Of a stretch of 64,000 bases of DNA, positions 49,678 to 63,436 are shown one piece after another. The DNA comes from Podarcis melisellensis (taxonomy: Eukaryota): assembly GCA_964234715.1 (NCBI GenBank), contig OZ174280.1. One strand, 5' to 3'. A program made the translations under genes and the position numbers. Numbering within the stretch: the first letter of the stretch is position 1; each line of letters begins with the position of its first letter. Below the pieces are notes generated by a model. It was not told the origin of the DNA, made no database searches, and saw only the letters and a list, made by a program, of their open reading frames with translations.

Positions 49678-51348
49678 TTACATTATGAATGCAATTTCCT
49701 TTCTTATTAATTCATGGATAATTGTTGAAAAAAATCTGGAAGAAATTTTCAGCACTGCATTAATCTTAACTACAAACCACAGAACTGTCTTTCTTAAAAT
49801 AAAATTTAAAAATCCATGGAAGAAAAGGAAAGTAAAACCTGAGTGGTTATTAAGAATTAAATAATATACATTTGTTTCCGTGGGAGATGGCTGTCTGTGC
49901 ATTTATGTGTGATTGGGTGTGGTCCTGGCCCCACTCATTTTGCGGTTTCGTTCTTTCCCCAACAGAATCCCACTGGAGTAATGTGGTCCTCGGCCCCCAA
50001 ATATTTTCCCACCCCTGTATTAAGCAAATTTGCAGAATTGCAGCAGCAAAATATGAACACGATCCACAAGACACCTTTCCTGCACTGGACCTGTCAGAAG
50101 TAATGGTACAGGGATTAGGAAGTTATGATGACTGTAAAAAACAGTTTCAGGCATGATTTCTGTTCAGCTGACACCAAAGTTGTAGCAAACTAAGCACAAA
50201 ACTGATTTGCCAGGGATTTGAAGATTCAGAATTTTCCAAGCAAGAACCACAACAAGCAGAACTAGCAAAGAGTGAAGAAGAAACAGGAATAAGGTGACCA
50301 TTGTTTGCACATAGTTGCAAACAGGAAATATGAATAAGCAACTCTTCACTCTGAAAATCAAAGTGATATGTTCAGCCAGATTTATTCTTCTTCTTCTTCA
50401 GTTTCTCACAAGAGAGTAGTTTAGATACTGGACACTGAGATATATTACTGGAGACACACTACATGGTTGAGAAGGCTTGACTCTAACAGGAAGTCAAGTT
50501 AGTTTCTGGTGGCTCAAAGACAAATGCCCAAGGCTGACCTCTACTGATTCCGCTGTGCTTTCTTCCTCTTCATGATGTTTGACCTCTGTATATGCAGCCA
50601 CATAACAATTACCACATCATTTCAGATCATAACATGCCCCCAAGGCCTCTTTTGCCTTTCAAATGTTAGCTACTGAAGTAATAATAACAATGACTTTGAA
50701 TAGCTTAGAAAATAACCATGGAAAAAGTCCTTCAATTTCCCCCCCATCTTAAAGATTATCAAATATCCGCTTCCTTTTCTGACCAATAGCCCCTTTATTT
50801 GTTGCAGCAAATGAGTGTCTTGGGGCAGGAAGATCTCACATTGCAAATTTGGTGATGGGGTCAGGGGATCCCTTGGATGGAGCCCAATATCCACTCACAC
50901 CAAGGTTATACCTCTAGTATAGGGTGGTGGGTATTCAGAATAGTAAGATAAAGAGAGGAAGTGGGAAGAGAGATCAGATGAATCGGAGAGAGGGAGAGAT
51001 TGGACAAATCAGTTTGCCATTTTACGAAGAAACCATGGAGGAAGGGGGGGAGAGAAGAGTTATTCCCATGGAAATTATGGACTTGTTAGGCAAATGCTCA
51101 CCTAACATTAGGCAAACTCTCACCTAAACAAATGATTTCCAGGGAACAGATTGTGGGCTGATTGTGCATTAGGTAATCTTGATTTTAAATGTGAATTGAA
51201 CAGAATTTATCACCCATCCCTATCTCCCACACACATATGGACAGGTAAAGAAATGGCTGCCAAGGGGCATTAGAAACCTTAAATTGGACTCCCAATTCTT
51301 CCTTCAGATGTGGGGCTTTGCATTTGGTGCCTTTTAAATTTCATGCCA

Positions 51349-51703
51349 GGGATGTGGGTGGCGCTGTGGGTTAAACCACAGAGTCTAGGACTTGCCAATC
51401 AGAAGGTCGGCGGTTCGAATCCCCATGACGGGGTGAGCTCCCGTTGCTTGGTCCCTGCTTCTGCCAACCTAGCAGTTTGAAAGCACGTCAAAGTGCAAGT
51501 AGATAAATAGGTACCACTCCGATGGGAAGGTAAACGGCATTTTCGTGCGCTGCTCTGGTTCGCCAGAAGTGGCTTAGTCATACTGGCCACATGACCTGGA
51601 AGCTGTACGCTGGCTCCCTCAGCCAATAAAGCGAGATGAGCGCCACAACCTCAAAGTCGGTCACGACTGGACCTAATGGTCAGGGGTCCCTTTACCTTTA
51701 CCT
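51349..51703 (+). mobile_element. Sauria SINE (Squam1), full length with 12-bp TSD
   Basis: TSD AATTTCATGCCA at 51337-51348 and 51704-51715, B-box GGTTCGAATCCC, and ACCTTT tail. Confidence 0.97.
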
Positions 51704-52849
51704 AATTTCATGCCAAATACAAGCCCTGCTTGGATTGTTTCCACTTGGGAACTCCAAACTGGCATTTCTTATTTCAGAATGTCACAGCTCCAATAAAGAG
51801 AGACATGCTTTGTCCCTAGCAGTCTAGCAATATACCTCCTTAAAACACATACACAAAAAAACCAACAACCCACCATTGATATAGCAGTCAAAGGGTCATG
51901 CCATGTCAGGGCATGAATGTTCTTTTCCTTACAGAAGAATATAGTACTTCCTCCCGCCAATCCCTTTAAAAAACAAGTCTTCATATACCAACTTTTATAA
52001 TTATCTTCTACTACAGATCAAACCCACTGTCTCCTGTGTCAGTCACAGGTGGGACTGCTATGAGTGAATGGAAATCAATATGCATTCAAACTTGCTTCAT
52101 CATCCATCACATTTATGTAAAGCCAGAGGTGTCTGTAAAACTTCTCCATGTAACTAAAGTGTAGCCGCTCACAGTGCTGGTACATTTGTTGAAATAATAT
52201 GATTTATAAATGAGGTTTTATTTCCCTGTGGTATCACATAAATGGGAACTATATGTACTCCTGAAGAGTCCTTTGTAATATACTTTAATGCATTAATACA
52301 AAGAAAGAAAACCAGGTTATTTCCAAATGGGATTCTTGCTGTCGTAAAGTATTGGAAATGAAGCCAGAAATCCTGTGTACTCTGATTTATGGACTGCTGA
52401 ATACTCTGGCAGTTCCACTTTGACTTGCACTGTGCTTTATGACATTACTAAATGGAAACATTTCACCTGGCAGCCATCAGTCCTAGTCAATGTGCCAACT
52501 GTGCATCTGTCAATTATGTGGCCTGAGGTGTAAAACTCACTGGTTGTGGGCCAGTTTTGTTGAAGCCTGTGCTTAATCCTTGCCTCCATCTCTTCATTAA
52601 TGTATTTTTTATGATAGAATGCAGCTCTTCAAGAACTGCAAGCAAAGAAAGGAATCTATAATTTCCACAGAGTCTATGCATCTCCTGTCCATTCTCAGTG
52701 TGCTGGTACTTTCAAGGTGGTCTGAAGTGCCCCCTGAATTATAGTTTAAAACTCAGTCTTGGGGTTGCGGCCTTGCTGCAAGTCTCACTAAACTTAATGG
52801 AGTTTAACAGAAGCAGCCATTACACACCCTCCAATACTTTGAAGCTAAA

Positions 52850-53130
52850 ATCCAGGACAACATCTTCCCGTATTTTATTGCGAGAGTACAGCGGCCATTT
52901 TGCTTGCCGTGTTCGTGCACAATTCCACACAAGTTCCCCCCAAAAGCATTTTTTTCTGGGCACAGCACCCAAAATGTGTATTTTGGGATGCTACATGAGA
53001 TTGTGGCACTGGAAAAAGCACTTTTTAGGGGGCAAATTGTGCTGTGAAAATGTATGTGATCACAGCAACCAAAATGGCCGCCATGGGATGTCCTGATTTT
53101 TCCAAGACACTTGCGGAGTATGCCATTATA
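52850..53130. mobile_element. Degenerate palindromic MITE
   Basis: Inverted repeat GCGGCCATTTTG (about 52891) / CAAAATGGCCGC (about 53070), and inner CCCCCAAAAGCATTTTT / AAAAAGCACTTTTAGGGGG. Confidence 0.5.
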
Positions 53131-55184
53131 GTATGTCAGTGCCAACCTTCCCAGTAGCAGCATTAACGCAGGGGGCGGCAGGGGCTGAAGGCAGGGCTGC
53201 ATAAGTGCAGCAGTCTGGAGTGAGATAAACCATGCATTGAGGTCCTGATGGCATGCTAAACAATGCTAAGTGCAGCAGCAGGATCAGAGGAGGAACACAG
53301 ATCTTGCATGCATGTGCTAAGTCACGGTTTGGCTTAACATTGCATGTGAACCAGCTTATTGTGAAGGGGAGGGGAACCCAAAATGTAGGCATGAGAAACC
53401 AGGCAAATGTACCTTGGAAGTGGGGGCAGGATGGTGAGATACATGATGATATCGCAGAAAGGGGAGGGGGGCAGATGCCAGAGAGGACTGATCATGGCAT
53501 CATTTAATTATTCCATTTCTGCACCAGGTTGCAGAACTGTTTGTCAACAATGTTCTCAGGATGCCAGTGATTCTCCCCTCAAAGGTTTCTGCCTTTGAGA
53601 AGGTTTGCTTCCTCACACTTCTTGGCTTCGCAGACGATATTTGAGGCTCAGCGCATGGTTCACGGCCTGGATTCAGCCCTTGCCATCTGTTCCTTTGCCC
53701 ACTCAGGGTTGTCTTTTCTTTTTACCTGTTCAGATAGAATTTTGATTGCTCTGCCAAAGCAAAGTGCCAATCAAATAGAGTCTGTGGTTCTAGTTTGCCT
53801 AAGAGGCTGCAGAAAGCTCTTTCTTGGCTGGAAGCAGTCCCAATGGCAAAGTCATACGGCGCTATATGTTTTGCTACTGTGTAGCACCTGTTTGACCTCA
53901 CACTGGGTAGCCATCCGCTCTAGCTGCCAAGAGGACAGGTTGTGTTGTGGTGCGCTCCAGGGGGTCCAATTAAAACCACTCATTTTGTCAAAACGTATGT
54001 AACACAGAAGCATTATTTTTTGGCACTCTGTTTCACAGTAGAGCCATATGGAAAACACGACCAGAAAAGCTCACCACAGCTGGTAATATTTCAGTTTCCA
54101 TTCTTGGACCTCACAGACTAATATCTGAATGGAGATGGAAATATGCATGCAAAAAAGGAAGTGTTATATTAAAAAACGAGTCATAAATGAAACTTAGTGC
54201 TATAGTTAGCAGACATTCAAGTGCAGTAGACAATTGACACTGGACAGAGGATGACTGATAGAAGGGTTTTGGGGTGGAGTGATGAGCCACTGAAGTACCT
54301 CTGACTGTGTGGATTTGCTCTGAACCAACTAAACTCTTTGATATTACACATAGAGGGTTGGGAATTCCAAATTTATAGTCCTGCTTTGTCAGTCACAATC
54401 CTATACTTACTCAGTAGCAGCATGGTGAAAGAAAAGAAAAATAGATTATGTCCATGGCATCTCTGGAGACTCAGCCACCATCCAGCCATTGGGATGTTGT
54501 GGATGCACTGGTTGGTGACATTGCTACATTTGAGTGGAATCCATAAATCCACATATGCTGGTGAAAAACCCTTTTCAGCCCAAAAATCTAACATAAGCTA
54601 TCGCCCCCAACTAGGGCCACACACAGACTCTATGCATAGGACACAATGAGGAAGCCAGGAAGAGACCATGATGCCTTTACATAAGTAGCCTTTTGCATGT
54701 AGGAGACCTGCATGAAGAACCCATAGGCTTCTTAGTAGAACATATTCAGGCCATGCTGTTGGAGTACTTCCTTCACAATTATTTTGACACGACACATAGC
54801 GTGCTTATAATGCTTTCTTTTGGAGGTATGCTTACATTTTGCCAGGGTGTGACCCACACACAGGCAAACCATGGATATAAATCACCTTTCCTCCATCCTT
54901 GGCTTTATTTTTTACAGAAACACCCATTTCATAGAAAGAAGGGGTGAACACATTATGCATTTGCTTTTTTTAAAAAATTGCTACTATTGTATTTTTGATG
55001 TTGTTGATGGAAGAACATAGTGTCCAAACCAAGTTCACCAAGTTAACTGAACCATAGGATGCCATGCCTGAAGGCATTATAAAAGCAATCATTTGCATTC
55101 TCTACAGGCCTAGTCTGTACTCAGCTACCTGCCATTTAAAGAAATATTAGCCACTGCAGGAATGGGGAATATTTTACAGTCCGG

Positions 55185-55465
55185 ATGGGGGTGCCATATT
55201 TCAAAAAGGTAAAAATCAGGACACCCTGGAAATTGTTGAGTCTGTTTTTTAAGGAAGACTCCTTTTTTAAAATACAAAAACACCCAAGAAACATGATTTT
55301 TCAATTGACTTGCCTAAGACCCAGGACAAAGCACCACCTTTCGGAAATCCCCCCCCCAGACATCAATTCTGACTTTGAAATCTCAGTAATGTCCAGGAAA
55401 ATCCAGATGTATTGCAGCCCTAAGTCCAGAGGTCAATCTTCCTTGTGGGTATATGACATCTTCCA
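55185..55465. mobile_element. Probable hAT-type MITE
   Basis: GGGGGTGCCATATTT left end, repeated CCAGGACA/CCAGGAAA subterminal motifs, and ATATGACATC right end. Confidence 0.45.
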
Positions 55466-57066
55466 GGGTCAAAACAAAAGTGTGTGATGCTGAAGTGAGT
55501 AGGGTCAGTACTGACAGAGGACAGGGCCTCACCAACATTTTCATACACACACATGACCAAGCAAACATACAACATAACCCACACAAATAGTACATCTACA
55601 CACACACAACACACAAACATTTACACATGCTCACATGTAGCATACATACCATCCCAGGCAGTCAGCTCACACACAAGTGCACACCACACTCTTCTCTTCC
55701 TGCATGATCCTCCCCTCTTAGATGTGATGGAGAGTCATCACTTACTTGCAGTTTAAAATATAACTTCTCTATTTAGACACAGCTAAGGTATTCTCTCCCC
55801 CCCCCAGCCCCACAGAGTCCTCACCATTATTTGCTGATGCTTTTATTCCATTTAGGTTACCCTTGAGACAATGATCTGACTGGGAGCTTTGAATGGGAGA
55901 ATTGGGAGGAGTATTGCTTCTGCTGATGCTTCAGAGCCGGTGATGAATGCAAAGTGTTCCAGAAGACTCATTCAATCTCCTCTGAAGATTCCTGAGTGCT
56001 CTGGATGACAAATGATTGTCACTGACTGCTTCTCATAAGTAGTAGTAGTGGGGAACACTGGTTGATGGACATATCTATTAATAATGGCTATGGCTCTACC
56101 ACACTGCATCACAAGACACACACACAGAGAGAGAGAAATCAGGAGGGTGAGCCAGTCAAAAGGGCTTTGTGGGCCAGTTTGTTCTGGCCCATAGACTGTA
56201 AACAATGTTTCCAAACAAATAATTTATTACATAATAAATGTTTGACAGTCCATCTTACATTGTACGTGCTTGCTACATAAATATAAAAACATTGTGCAGT
56301 GATGAAACCTTTGACTTTGAACTCCTGCAAAGGAGATTCCTGGGATTTAGGCAAGGAAAGGAAATCACACATTTTCTAGGTCTTCTAACATCTATTGCTT
56401 TGAAGTAATTGATCTGCTTGGAGTCATCGTCATGCCTTTTAAAATCAACTCATTTCAAATACATTCCAAAGTCATTCTTGAATGTTTCAAAACGGCTGAT
56501 TTCTTCATGTAAATATATTTTGCTTGCTATAATGTCATTAGGTTGAAATGACTTCATTTCTTCAAAACAGCTCAACGTTCCTGTGCTCTTTTTTTTTTTT
56601 TTTGGCTTTGATTTTTTGTTTCTCCCCCGAGTGTAGAGTTGGCTTTCTCCAGGCAGAGTCTTTTAAACTGGCTTTCTGTTTCCCTACTTCCCTGGAACAG
56701 CAGCACAAGTTGGCATATCCTGGGCTAGCATCTGTGGAACAGATGGATGGAGGAAACAATGCCTATTCTCTTGAGTGATCGGTGGACATGTCTGGAACTT
56801 AGAGCTACATTTTGTACTTGACTACATAATACAAATATACTATAGCCCTATTTCTCCTATAAGTATCTCTGTCCCCTAATGAACAATGCACCTGTCTGCA
56901 GCCAAAGATTGATTATTTGATTATGTAATTTCTATACCGCTAAATATATTTAAAATATCACTGAGATGTATATGGAAAACTGAAGCAATAACAGACAACT
57001 TAAAGAAAACAATACAAAAATCCACAGTTACTTATAAACTGTTATATTAATACAAAGTTACTAATA

Positions 57067-57309
57067 CAGTGGTACCTCGGGTTACATACGCTTCAGGTTA
57101 CATACACTTCAGGTTACAGACTCCACTAACTCAGAAATAGTACCTCAGGTTAAGAACTTTGCTTCAGGATGAGAACAGAAATCGTGCTCCAGCAGTGCGG
57201 CAGCAGCAGGAGGCCCCCATTAGCCAAAGTGGTGCTTCAGGTTAAGAACAGTTTCAGGTTAAGAACGGACCTCCGGAACGAATTAAGTACTTAACCCGAG
57301 GTACCACTG
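57067..57309. mobile_element. Tc1/mariner MITE
   Basis: TIR CAGTGGTACCTCGGGTTA / TAACCCGAGGTACCACTG with TA TSD. Confidence 0.95.
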
Positions 57310-59404
57310 TATATAAAAATCAACATTGATTCATTTTCCTCCTGACACACCCTCCCACTCAGCCTATGGGTTCTCACCCAGGGCCCAACAGACTCTCAAC
57401 TCACCCACAAAAGTCTCACAATGGGAAGAGTTCCTGGAAACAGCTGACATCACCCTTGTCTCTCACCCTAAACTTGCTTTTTATGGGCAGGCCCAAGGTG
57501 TACGGTATTTCTCAGGCTGCCCACAACTTTGTTTGTGGAGAGCCAGGGCATTCTTTCGGGAGCAGGGAGGAAGATGAGTGAAAGTGCTTTGAAGAGAACC
57601 CCAGTTCTGGCCAAGTTTTTGGAGAGCCAGGGCATTCCTACACATCACGTTGCCTTTCATGCATGCCAGGATGTTGTGGGCAGAGAATTGTATGTGTGTT
57701 TTTGAGTATTCACGTGTTTAGGCAAATTCCTGGACATTCCTTAAGCTCTGAATTTAATGAGGGAATGGAAAACATGGCCATCTTTTCAGATGCCTGACAG
57801 TATTCGTATTGTGTATTTCAAGATGCTGGAATTTTAAAACCACTCTATTCCCAGTGCAAGGCATATATAACAAAGGCAGAATAACAGCCAAACTAGGCAT
57901 TTGTCTTCTGTTTGCTTATGCCTTAAGCAAGGGCCTTACATTCACTCACTTTCCTTTTGTTCCGAGTCTGCCGATTTTAATAGTTCCGGGCACCCATTAT
58001 AGATAATGGGTTTGATAGGGCATGGAGGTGAAAGTGACCGATTCTAGTGTACGCTGAAGGAATAAAAGCAGCTGTTTGTCACAAGCTGATGTTCCTAATA
58101 CAATCCGACAAGCAAAGGTTCCAAGAATTCACAACGGAAGCAGCCACTCATTGTATCCTTTCTATTTCCACATCAGCTTTCTTTCACACAAACCTTATGC
58201 AGAACAAAAGCCTCAGTCTGACTCGCTGGAAATGTCTGTGTGACTAATGATGCCCGAGGTGACACCCATGTAAAGCCAGAGAGATGTCACCGACCTTCAG
58301 GTAAGATTTGATGGCTGGGATCTGCTTTTCCAGCTTTGTTGCTTTTTGAGTTGTGGCAGCTAAGAAGCATATCATTGTGGGAGACATGAAAAGTGGAAAT
58401 TTCACTTGAATGGTGGGCTATCTATTTCGGGATCTCCACAGATATTTACTGTGAAGAAGAATCAAATGAGAACTAAGCTGTCGTAACTGTGTGTCCCACC
58501 CCTCCCATTTCAGCAAGACACTTAATCAGATTGCACAACAGTTATCCGATGGGAACTTTTAATTAACAAGATGCTCAGCAAAACTTCTCCAAAGCCTGTA
58601 GCATCTCTGATCCCAGCTGAAAATTCATCTGCTTGAGGGACCCTCCCTATGCCTTTGCTGTTTGCCAGCCATAGCTGTTTTGGCATAAAGAAAAGTGATC
58701 CCACTTCTCTAATGCAATACTTGGTTTTCCTTCTTGTTAATTATAGGTCCTCTGTTCCTCTGTTGGAAAGTAGTGCATGTACAGAATAGGCTGCTTTGCA
58801 GATGTAAATAACTCATTCAATGAGCAGGCCCCTTGAGAAGGAACACAAATCTGGGAAGAAGGCCTGTTTAGGAAGCCATAGATTTCTTTTATTTCACAGA
58901 AAGTGCAAAAGGCAACAGCAAAGGGTGTGTAATGGCAAATAATCTTAACACAAAAAGCTATTGTGTCGCTCCTGTATGGTACTGAAGCCATATTCACAGA
59001 TTACCAGGAATTGCATGGGTGCTGCTACCAAGTGGTTGACTGCTTGCAGGCCACTCCTGGTCCTGGTCAACAGCCACATAGAATGGCTGGCAGCTTATTA
59101 TCAGCATGCAGGAGCAGTTGGTGACGAAGGAGAGCATCACAGACCTGGCTTTGCAGAAGTATAGGGACAGGCTGGTGGTGAGGTCCAAGCAGTGCAGGCA
59201 CACTGCTGGGAATGCCCCATTGGCTCTGCTGGCGTAGCAACATTGCCCCATCCTCTCCACCTCTCCTATTCTGCTTCTACACTGTCCCTCTGGGAGGCCA
59301 AGTCTGCAGTGGTGCCCACTGACCACTCTGCCAATGTGTTTTTCTGGACAGTAAGAAGCAGCACAGATGTGGGAAGTAACCACCAGTCATAACTATCCTA
59401 TAAA

Positions 59405-59520
59405 GTGGGAGGAGGAAATCTGCAGCCCTCCAGATGCTGCTGGAGTGAAACTCCCAGCATCACTGGCTCTTGGCTGGGGCTTATGGGAGTTGCAGTCCAA
59501 CAGCACCTGGAGATTCACAG
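59405..59520. mobile_element. hAT-type MITE (family of 6362 and 45769)
   Basis: GCCCTCCAGATGCTGCTGGAGTGAAACTCCCA..TGGGAGTTGCAGTCCAACAGCACCTGGAG. Confidence 0.65.
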
Positions 59521-59947
59521 ATCAGTGATCCAGTACATAGAAAGCTAAATTTAACTCCTACTGTGTCCAAAGATTACACATCCTTTGCTCGTCTAAACTG
59601 TTTACTGTATTTTTAAATGGAGAGAACCAAGCACATAGATATGGTGTTTTAATAGAAATATTGAAAGCTGGGACATTCCTACAGCAGGCATAACCTGGGG
59701 AGAAAATGGACAAACAGATCATTATATGGGAAGCACACACCAGCCTCCCATTGTGAATAATGACTGTTGTGAAGTGTGCATGGTGAGGCTCAAGCAGTAG
59801 GACTCTGAGGAAAGAGGCTTCTGCTGAGCCCTGGATTAATTCCTTCTTCCAGATGCAAATGCTAGCACTGAAGAGGTTCTGGAGTTATACCCTCAGAAGC
59901 CCTGGCTCAAATGAAGCAAGGGCTAAAAAGAGTAAGAAAGTAAATGT

Positions 59948-60857
59948 NNNNNNNNNNNNNNNNNNNNNNNNNNNNNNNNNNNNNNNNNNNNNNNNNNNNN
60001 NNNNNNNNNNNNNNNNNNNNNNNNNNNNNNNNNNNNNNNNNNNNNNNNNNNNNNNNNNNNNNNNNNNNNNNNNNNNNNNNNNNNNNNNNNNNNNNNNNNN
60101 NNNNNNNNNNNNNNNNNNNNNNNNNNNNNNNNNNNNNNNNNNNNNNNNNNNNNNNNNNNNNNNNNNNNNNNNNNNNNNNNNNNNNNNNNNNNNNNNNNNN
60201 NNNNNNNNNNNNNNNNNNNNNNNNNNNNNNNNNNNNNNNNNNNNNNNNNNNNNNNNNNNNNNNNNNNNNNNNNNNNNNNNNNNNNNNNNNNNNNNNNNNN
60301 NNNNNNNNNNNNNNNNNNNNNNNNNNNNNNNNNNNNNNNNNNNNNNNNNNNNNNNNNNNNNNNNNNNNNNNNNNNNNNNNNNNNNNNNNNNNNNNNNNNN
60401 NNNNNNNNNNNNNNNNNNNNNNNNNNNNNNNNNNNNNNNNNNNNNNNNNNNNNNNNNNNNNNNNNNNNNNNNNNNNNNNNNNNNNNNNNNNNNNNNNNNN
60501 NNNNNNNNNNNNNNNNNNNNNNNNNNNNNNNNNNNNNNNNNNNNNNNNNNNNNNNNNNNNNNNNNNNNNNNNNNNNNNNNNNNNNNNNNNNNNNNNNNNN
60601 NNNNNNNNNNNNNNNNNNNNNNNNNNNNNNNNNNNNNNNNNNNNNNNNNNNNNNNNNNNNNNNNNNNNNNNNNNNNNNNNNNNNNNNNNNNNNNNNNNNN
60701 NNNNNNNNNNNNNNNNNNNNNNNNNNNNNNNNNNNNNNNNNNNNNNNNNNNNNNNNNNNNNNNNNNNNNNNNNNNNNNNNNNNNNNNNNNNNNNNNNNNN
60801 NNNNNNNNNNNNNNNNNNNNNNNNNNNNNNNNNNNNNNNNNNNNNNNNNNNNNNNNN
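59948..60857. other. Assembly gap (910 N)
   Basis: Run of N. Confidence 1.
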
Positions 60858-60879
60858 GCATTATTCCCTCAGCAGAAAA

Positions 60880-61230
60880 CAGGATTGATTCTATCAATAA
60901 TACAGCAATAGCAAAACAGCGAAATAAAAACAGCAGCATAAAGATATCTCATCAGGTTAAAAGGCCCAGAAAAATAAAGAGGTCTTTGTGTGGTGCAGAG
61001 AGATTTCCATCAATGGGGTGCCACAAGTGAGAAGGGCCTATCTATGGCCATTACCCACTTCACTTCAGATGGTGGAAGCACCCTGAGGAAGGCCGCAAAG
61101 ATGATCACAGTGCATGGGTAGGGTCTGTGGGAGTAGGAGAGTTGTACTCACATGGTCCTTTTCCTAGTATGGTGCTTGAAAACACAAAGCTTGAAAACTA
61201 ATTGAAATGGATACAAGATGGGTCTTGCCC
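60880..61230 (-). mobile_element. L2 3' fragment (degenerate)
   Basis: TTCCATCAATGGGGTGCCACAAGTGAGAAGGGCCT and CCCTGAGGAAGGCC..GATGATCACAGTG. Confidence 0.55.
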
Positions 61231-61377
61231 AAAAGTGCCTTGTTTTGCATAGCGACTACCTGGTCAAACACCTCTTGGCTAAGTAGGAAATATTGAAGCA
61301 AGCTATAATATGGAAAAATTGAGCCATGCCCTTGCCAAGAGCCCTCACTAGACTTCCCCTTCTTGTAAAACATCACC

Positions 61378-61575
61378 TCTTGAACTCTGCTAGCCACAAT
61401 GGCTTTGTTCTCCCTCCAATGTTGGAGGCAGTGTGCTTCTGAATACCACTTCCTGGGAATCACAAATCAGGTCCTACTTTGGGGCTTCCATAGGTATCTT
61501 GTTGGACACTATAAGAACAAGGTGCAGGACTAGATGGCCCTGTGGCTTGATCTAGCAGAGATCATCTAACATTTC
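61378..61575 (+). mobile_element. CR1-type 3' UTR fragment
   Basis: CTAGCCACAATGGC..GGAGGCAGTGTGCTTCTGAATACCA..GGACTAGATGGCCC..TGATCTAGCAG is the reverse complement of the 8882 element's 3' end. Confidence 0.7.
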
Positions 61576-62576
61576 TCTCAACTAGATGCTGTAAGGCTAC
61601 CAGTCATGAAGGGTGTGAATGGAGCAGACCTCTAGTGCTTTGAACAAACATCTTGACTAAACTGCAGCACTTTTAGCATATAGGATGAGGTTGATATGAG
61701 CAATTTTATTCTTGAAGTGTGCAGCAAACACATTACAGTAGACTTCCTAGAATTTATTTCATGCAGTTAGGCCTCTACTGAAATGTATATCCTTTTTTGG
61801 GGGGGTCTTTTCTTATGTTACCTCAGTGACATCAGAACAGCTCCCCGTTGTCATTATGAGAAAATGCCAACTATCTTGTCTGAACCTCCAGTCTTTCATA
61901 TGCCACCACTTTACAACCTTCATAATGTAGAGAACCATAAAGAGATGTCCTTACTGACCATGGCTTAGAGTTTTGTTCTGGAAATCCTTATAGGACATTT
62001 TGAATCAGGACTGATCTTTTTGACTTACTTTTTTGTTTTAGATTTTTTGCTGGAGAAAATTGCTTTTTAATCAACTTTCATCTTTATATTTATTATTTCA
62101 TGCCCCTGTTTCAAAGTATTCTTAACCACTTTAAGGGTCAAAAAATACAATGAAGTATATTTCATTGTATTTCATTGTAGCCACAGTGCACAGTAAGGGC
62201 TTCCCCATACTTCCACTTGTCCCATGCTTAGCAATCATGGGTCTGGACAGTTTCCCACTTATCCTGTGCTTTCTGGGCAGGGCTCCAAGTGGTTCTGTTT
62301 GTTGTGACACTTTCCCTGAGAAAATGGGCACTTTAACACTGAATCAGAGCGGATGTCAATCTACTAAAAACCCAATTGACACGTGCTTTGATTCAGTGCT
62401 AAAGATTGGGTTTTCCCAGAAGGAGGTGGTAGGGAAAACAGAAATCTGGAGGAGCCCAGAGGTTTATGCTCTGCTCCCAGTCATGACGGTGAATGAAAAT
62501 CACAACCACACCGCTATTAACCTTAGAGGAAAACCTCCCATTGGCACCAATAGGAGCTTTCCCAACTAAGGCTAAT

Positions 62577-62578
<2 letters not shown>

Positions 62579-62641
<63 letters not shown>

Positions 62642-62662
62642 TGTGTGTTTGTGTGTGTGTGT
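62579..62662. repeat. Compound (CT)n(GT)n microsatellite
   Basis: Directly visible. Confidence 0.98.
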
Positions 62663-63297
62663 ACATGCTTTTGTGTATGTTTGTGTGTAGGGGCAATTTT
62701 CATTTAGCATTACTTTTAGTTTGGCCCTCAATCTGTATGAGAGGGTGCAGACAATAATAAAATAAACACATAAATATTTCTGAAGGTATTCGTGAAGCTC
62801 ATCTCAAAAGCTATGCTCTAAGCCCTCAAAATGTTCAAAGTGATCAAGGGCGGATAAAAATCCTTTGGAGAGAAAAAGTGTTGTCAAAATACACACTGGA
62901 ATATATATATATTGAAGCTGAGAAACGGCTTAATACATTCAGACCAATGCTCTGTGACATTTCCCACAAGACTTTAATACTGTTTACAAATTCTGAAGAA
63001 CACCTCCAGTCATTTCTCGCATGGACTTATGATTTATTTAAAAGAAAAATGGGACAGTGCATGTGTGGGTCTGTGTTTAATGTGAAAAGGGATTTGGAGA
63101 TGAATAGTCAACAGCCATGAAGGATTGAAGAGAAAACGTAAAAAGAGGGATGAATGGGGGTGGGCTCTGAGCGTGTAATAAGCTATTTGTAAGGAGGCAA
63201 CTGCTTCATCTCACGCTCCGGAGTTTAATAAAATAATAACTCATTTAAACAAATCAATTATGAGTCAGAGGAAATATTGCTCATGAAAGTGCTGCTG

Positions 63298-63436
63298 TAG
63301 AATCATAGAATTGTAGAGTAAGATGGGACTGCAAGGGCCATCTAGTCCAAACTCCTGAAATGCAGCAATATTTTGTCCAAGGGACTCGAACCCATGTTCC
63401 TGAGATTAAGAGTCTCATGCACTACCAACTGAGCTA
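63298..63436 (-). mobile_element. tRNA-Lys(CTT)-derived SINE with CR1-type tail
   Basis: Minus strand TAGCTCAGTTGGTAGTGCATGAGACTCTTAATCTCAGGAACATGGGTTCGAGTCCC, then TTGGACTAGATGGCCC..ATTCTATGATTCTA. Confidence 0.85.

Noticed and set aside
58960-59392. Overlapping ORFs in a moderately GC-rich block (possible pseudogene)
   Set aside because: No recognisable protein, poly(A) tail or TSD.
59853-60939. Longest ORFs in the track (314-352 aa)
   Set aside because: Almost entirely X residues from the 910-N gap.
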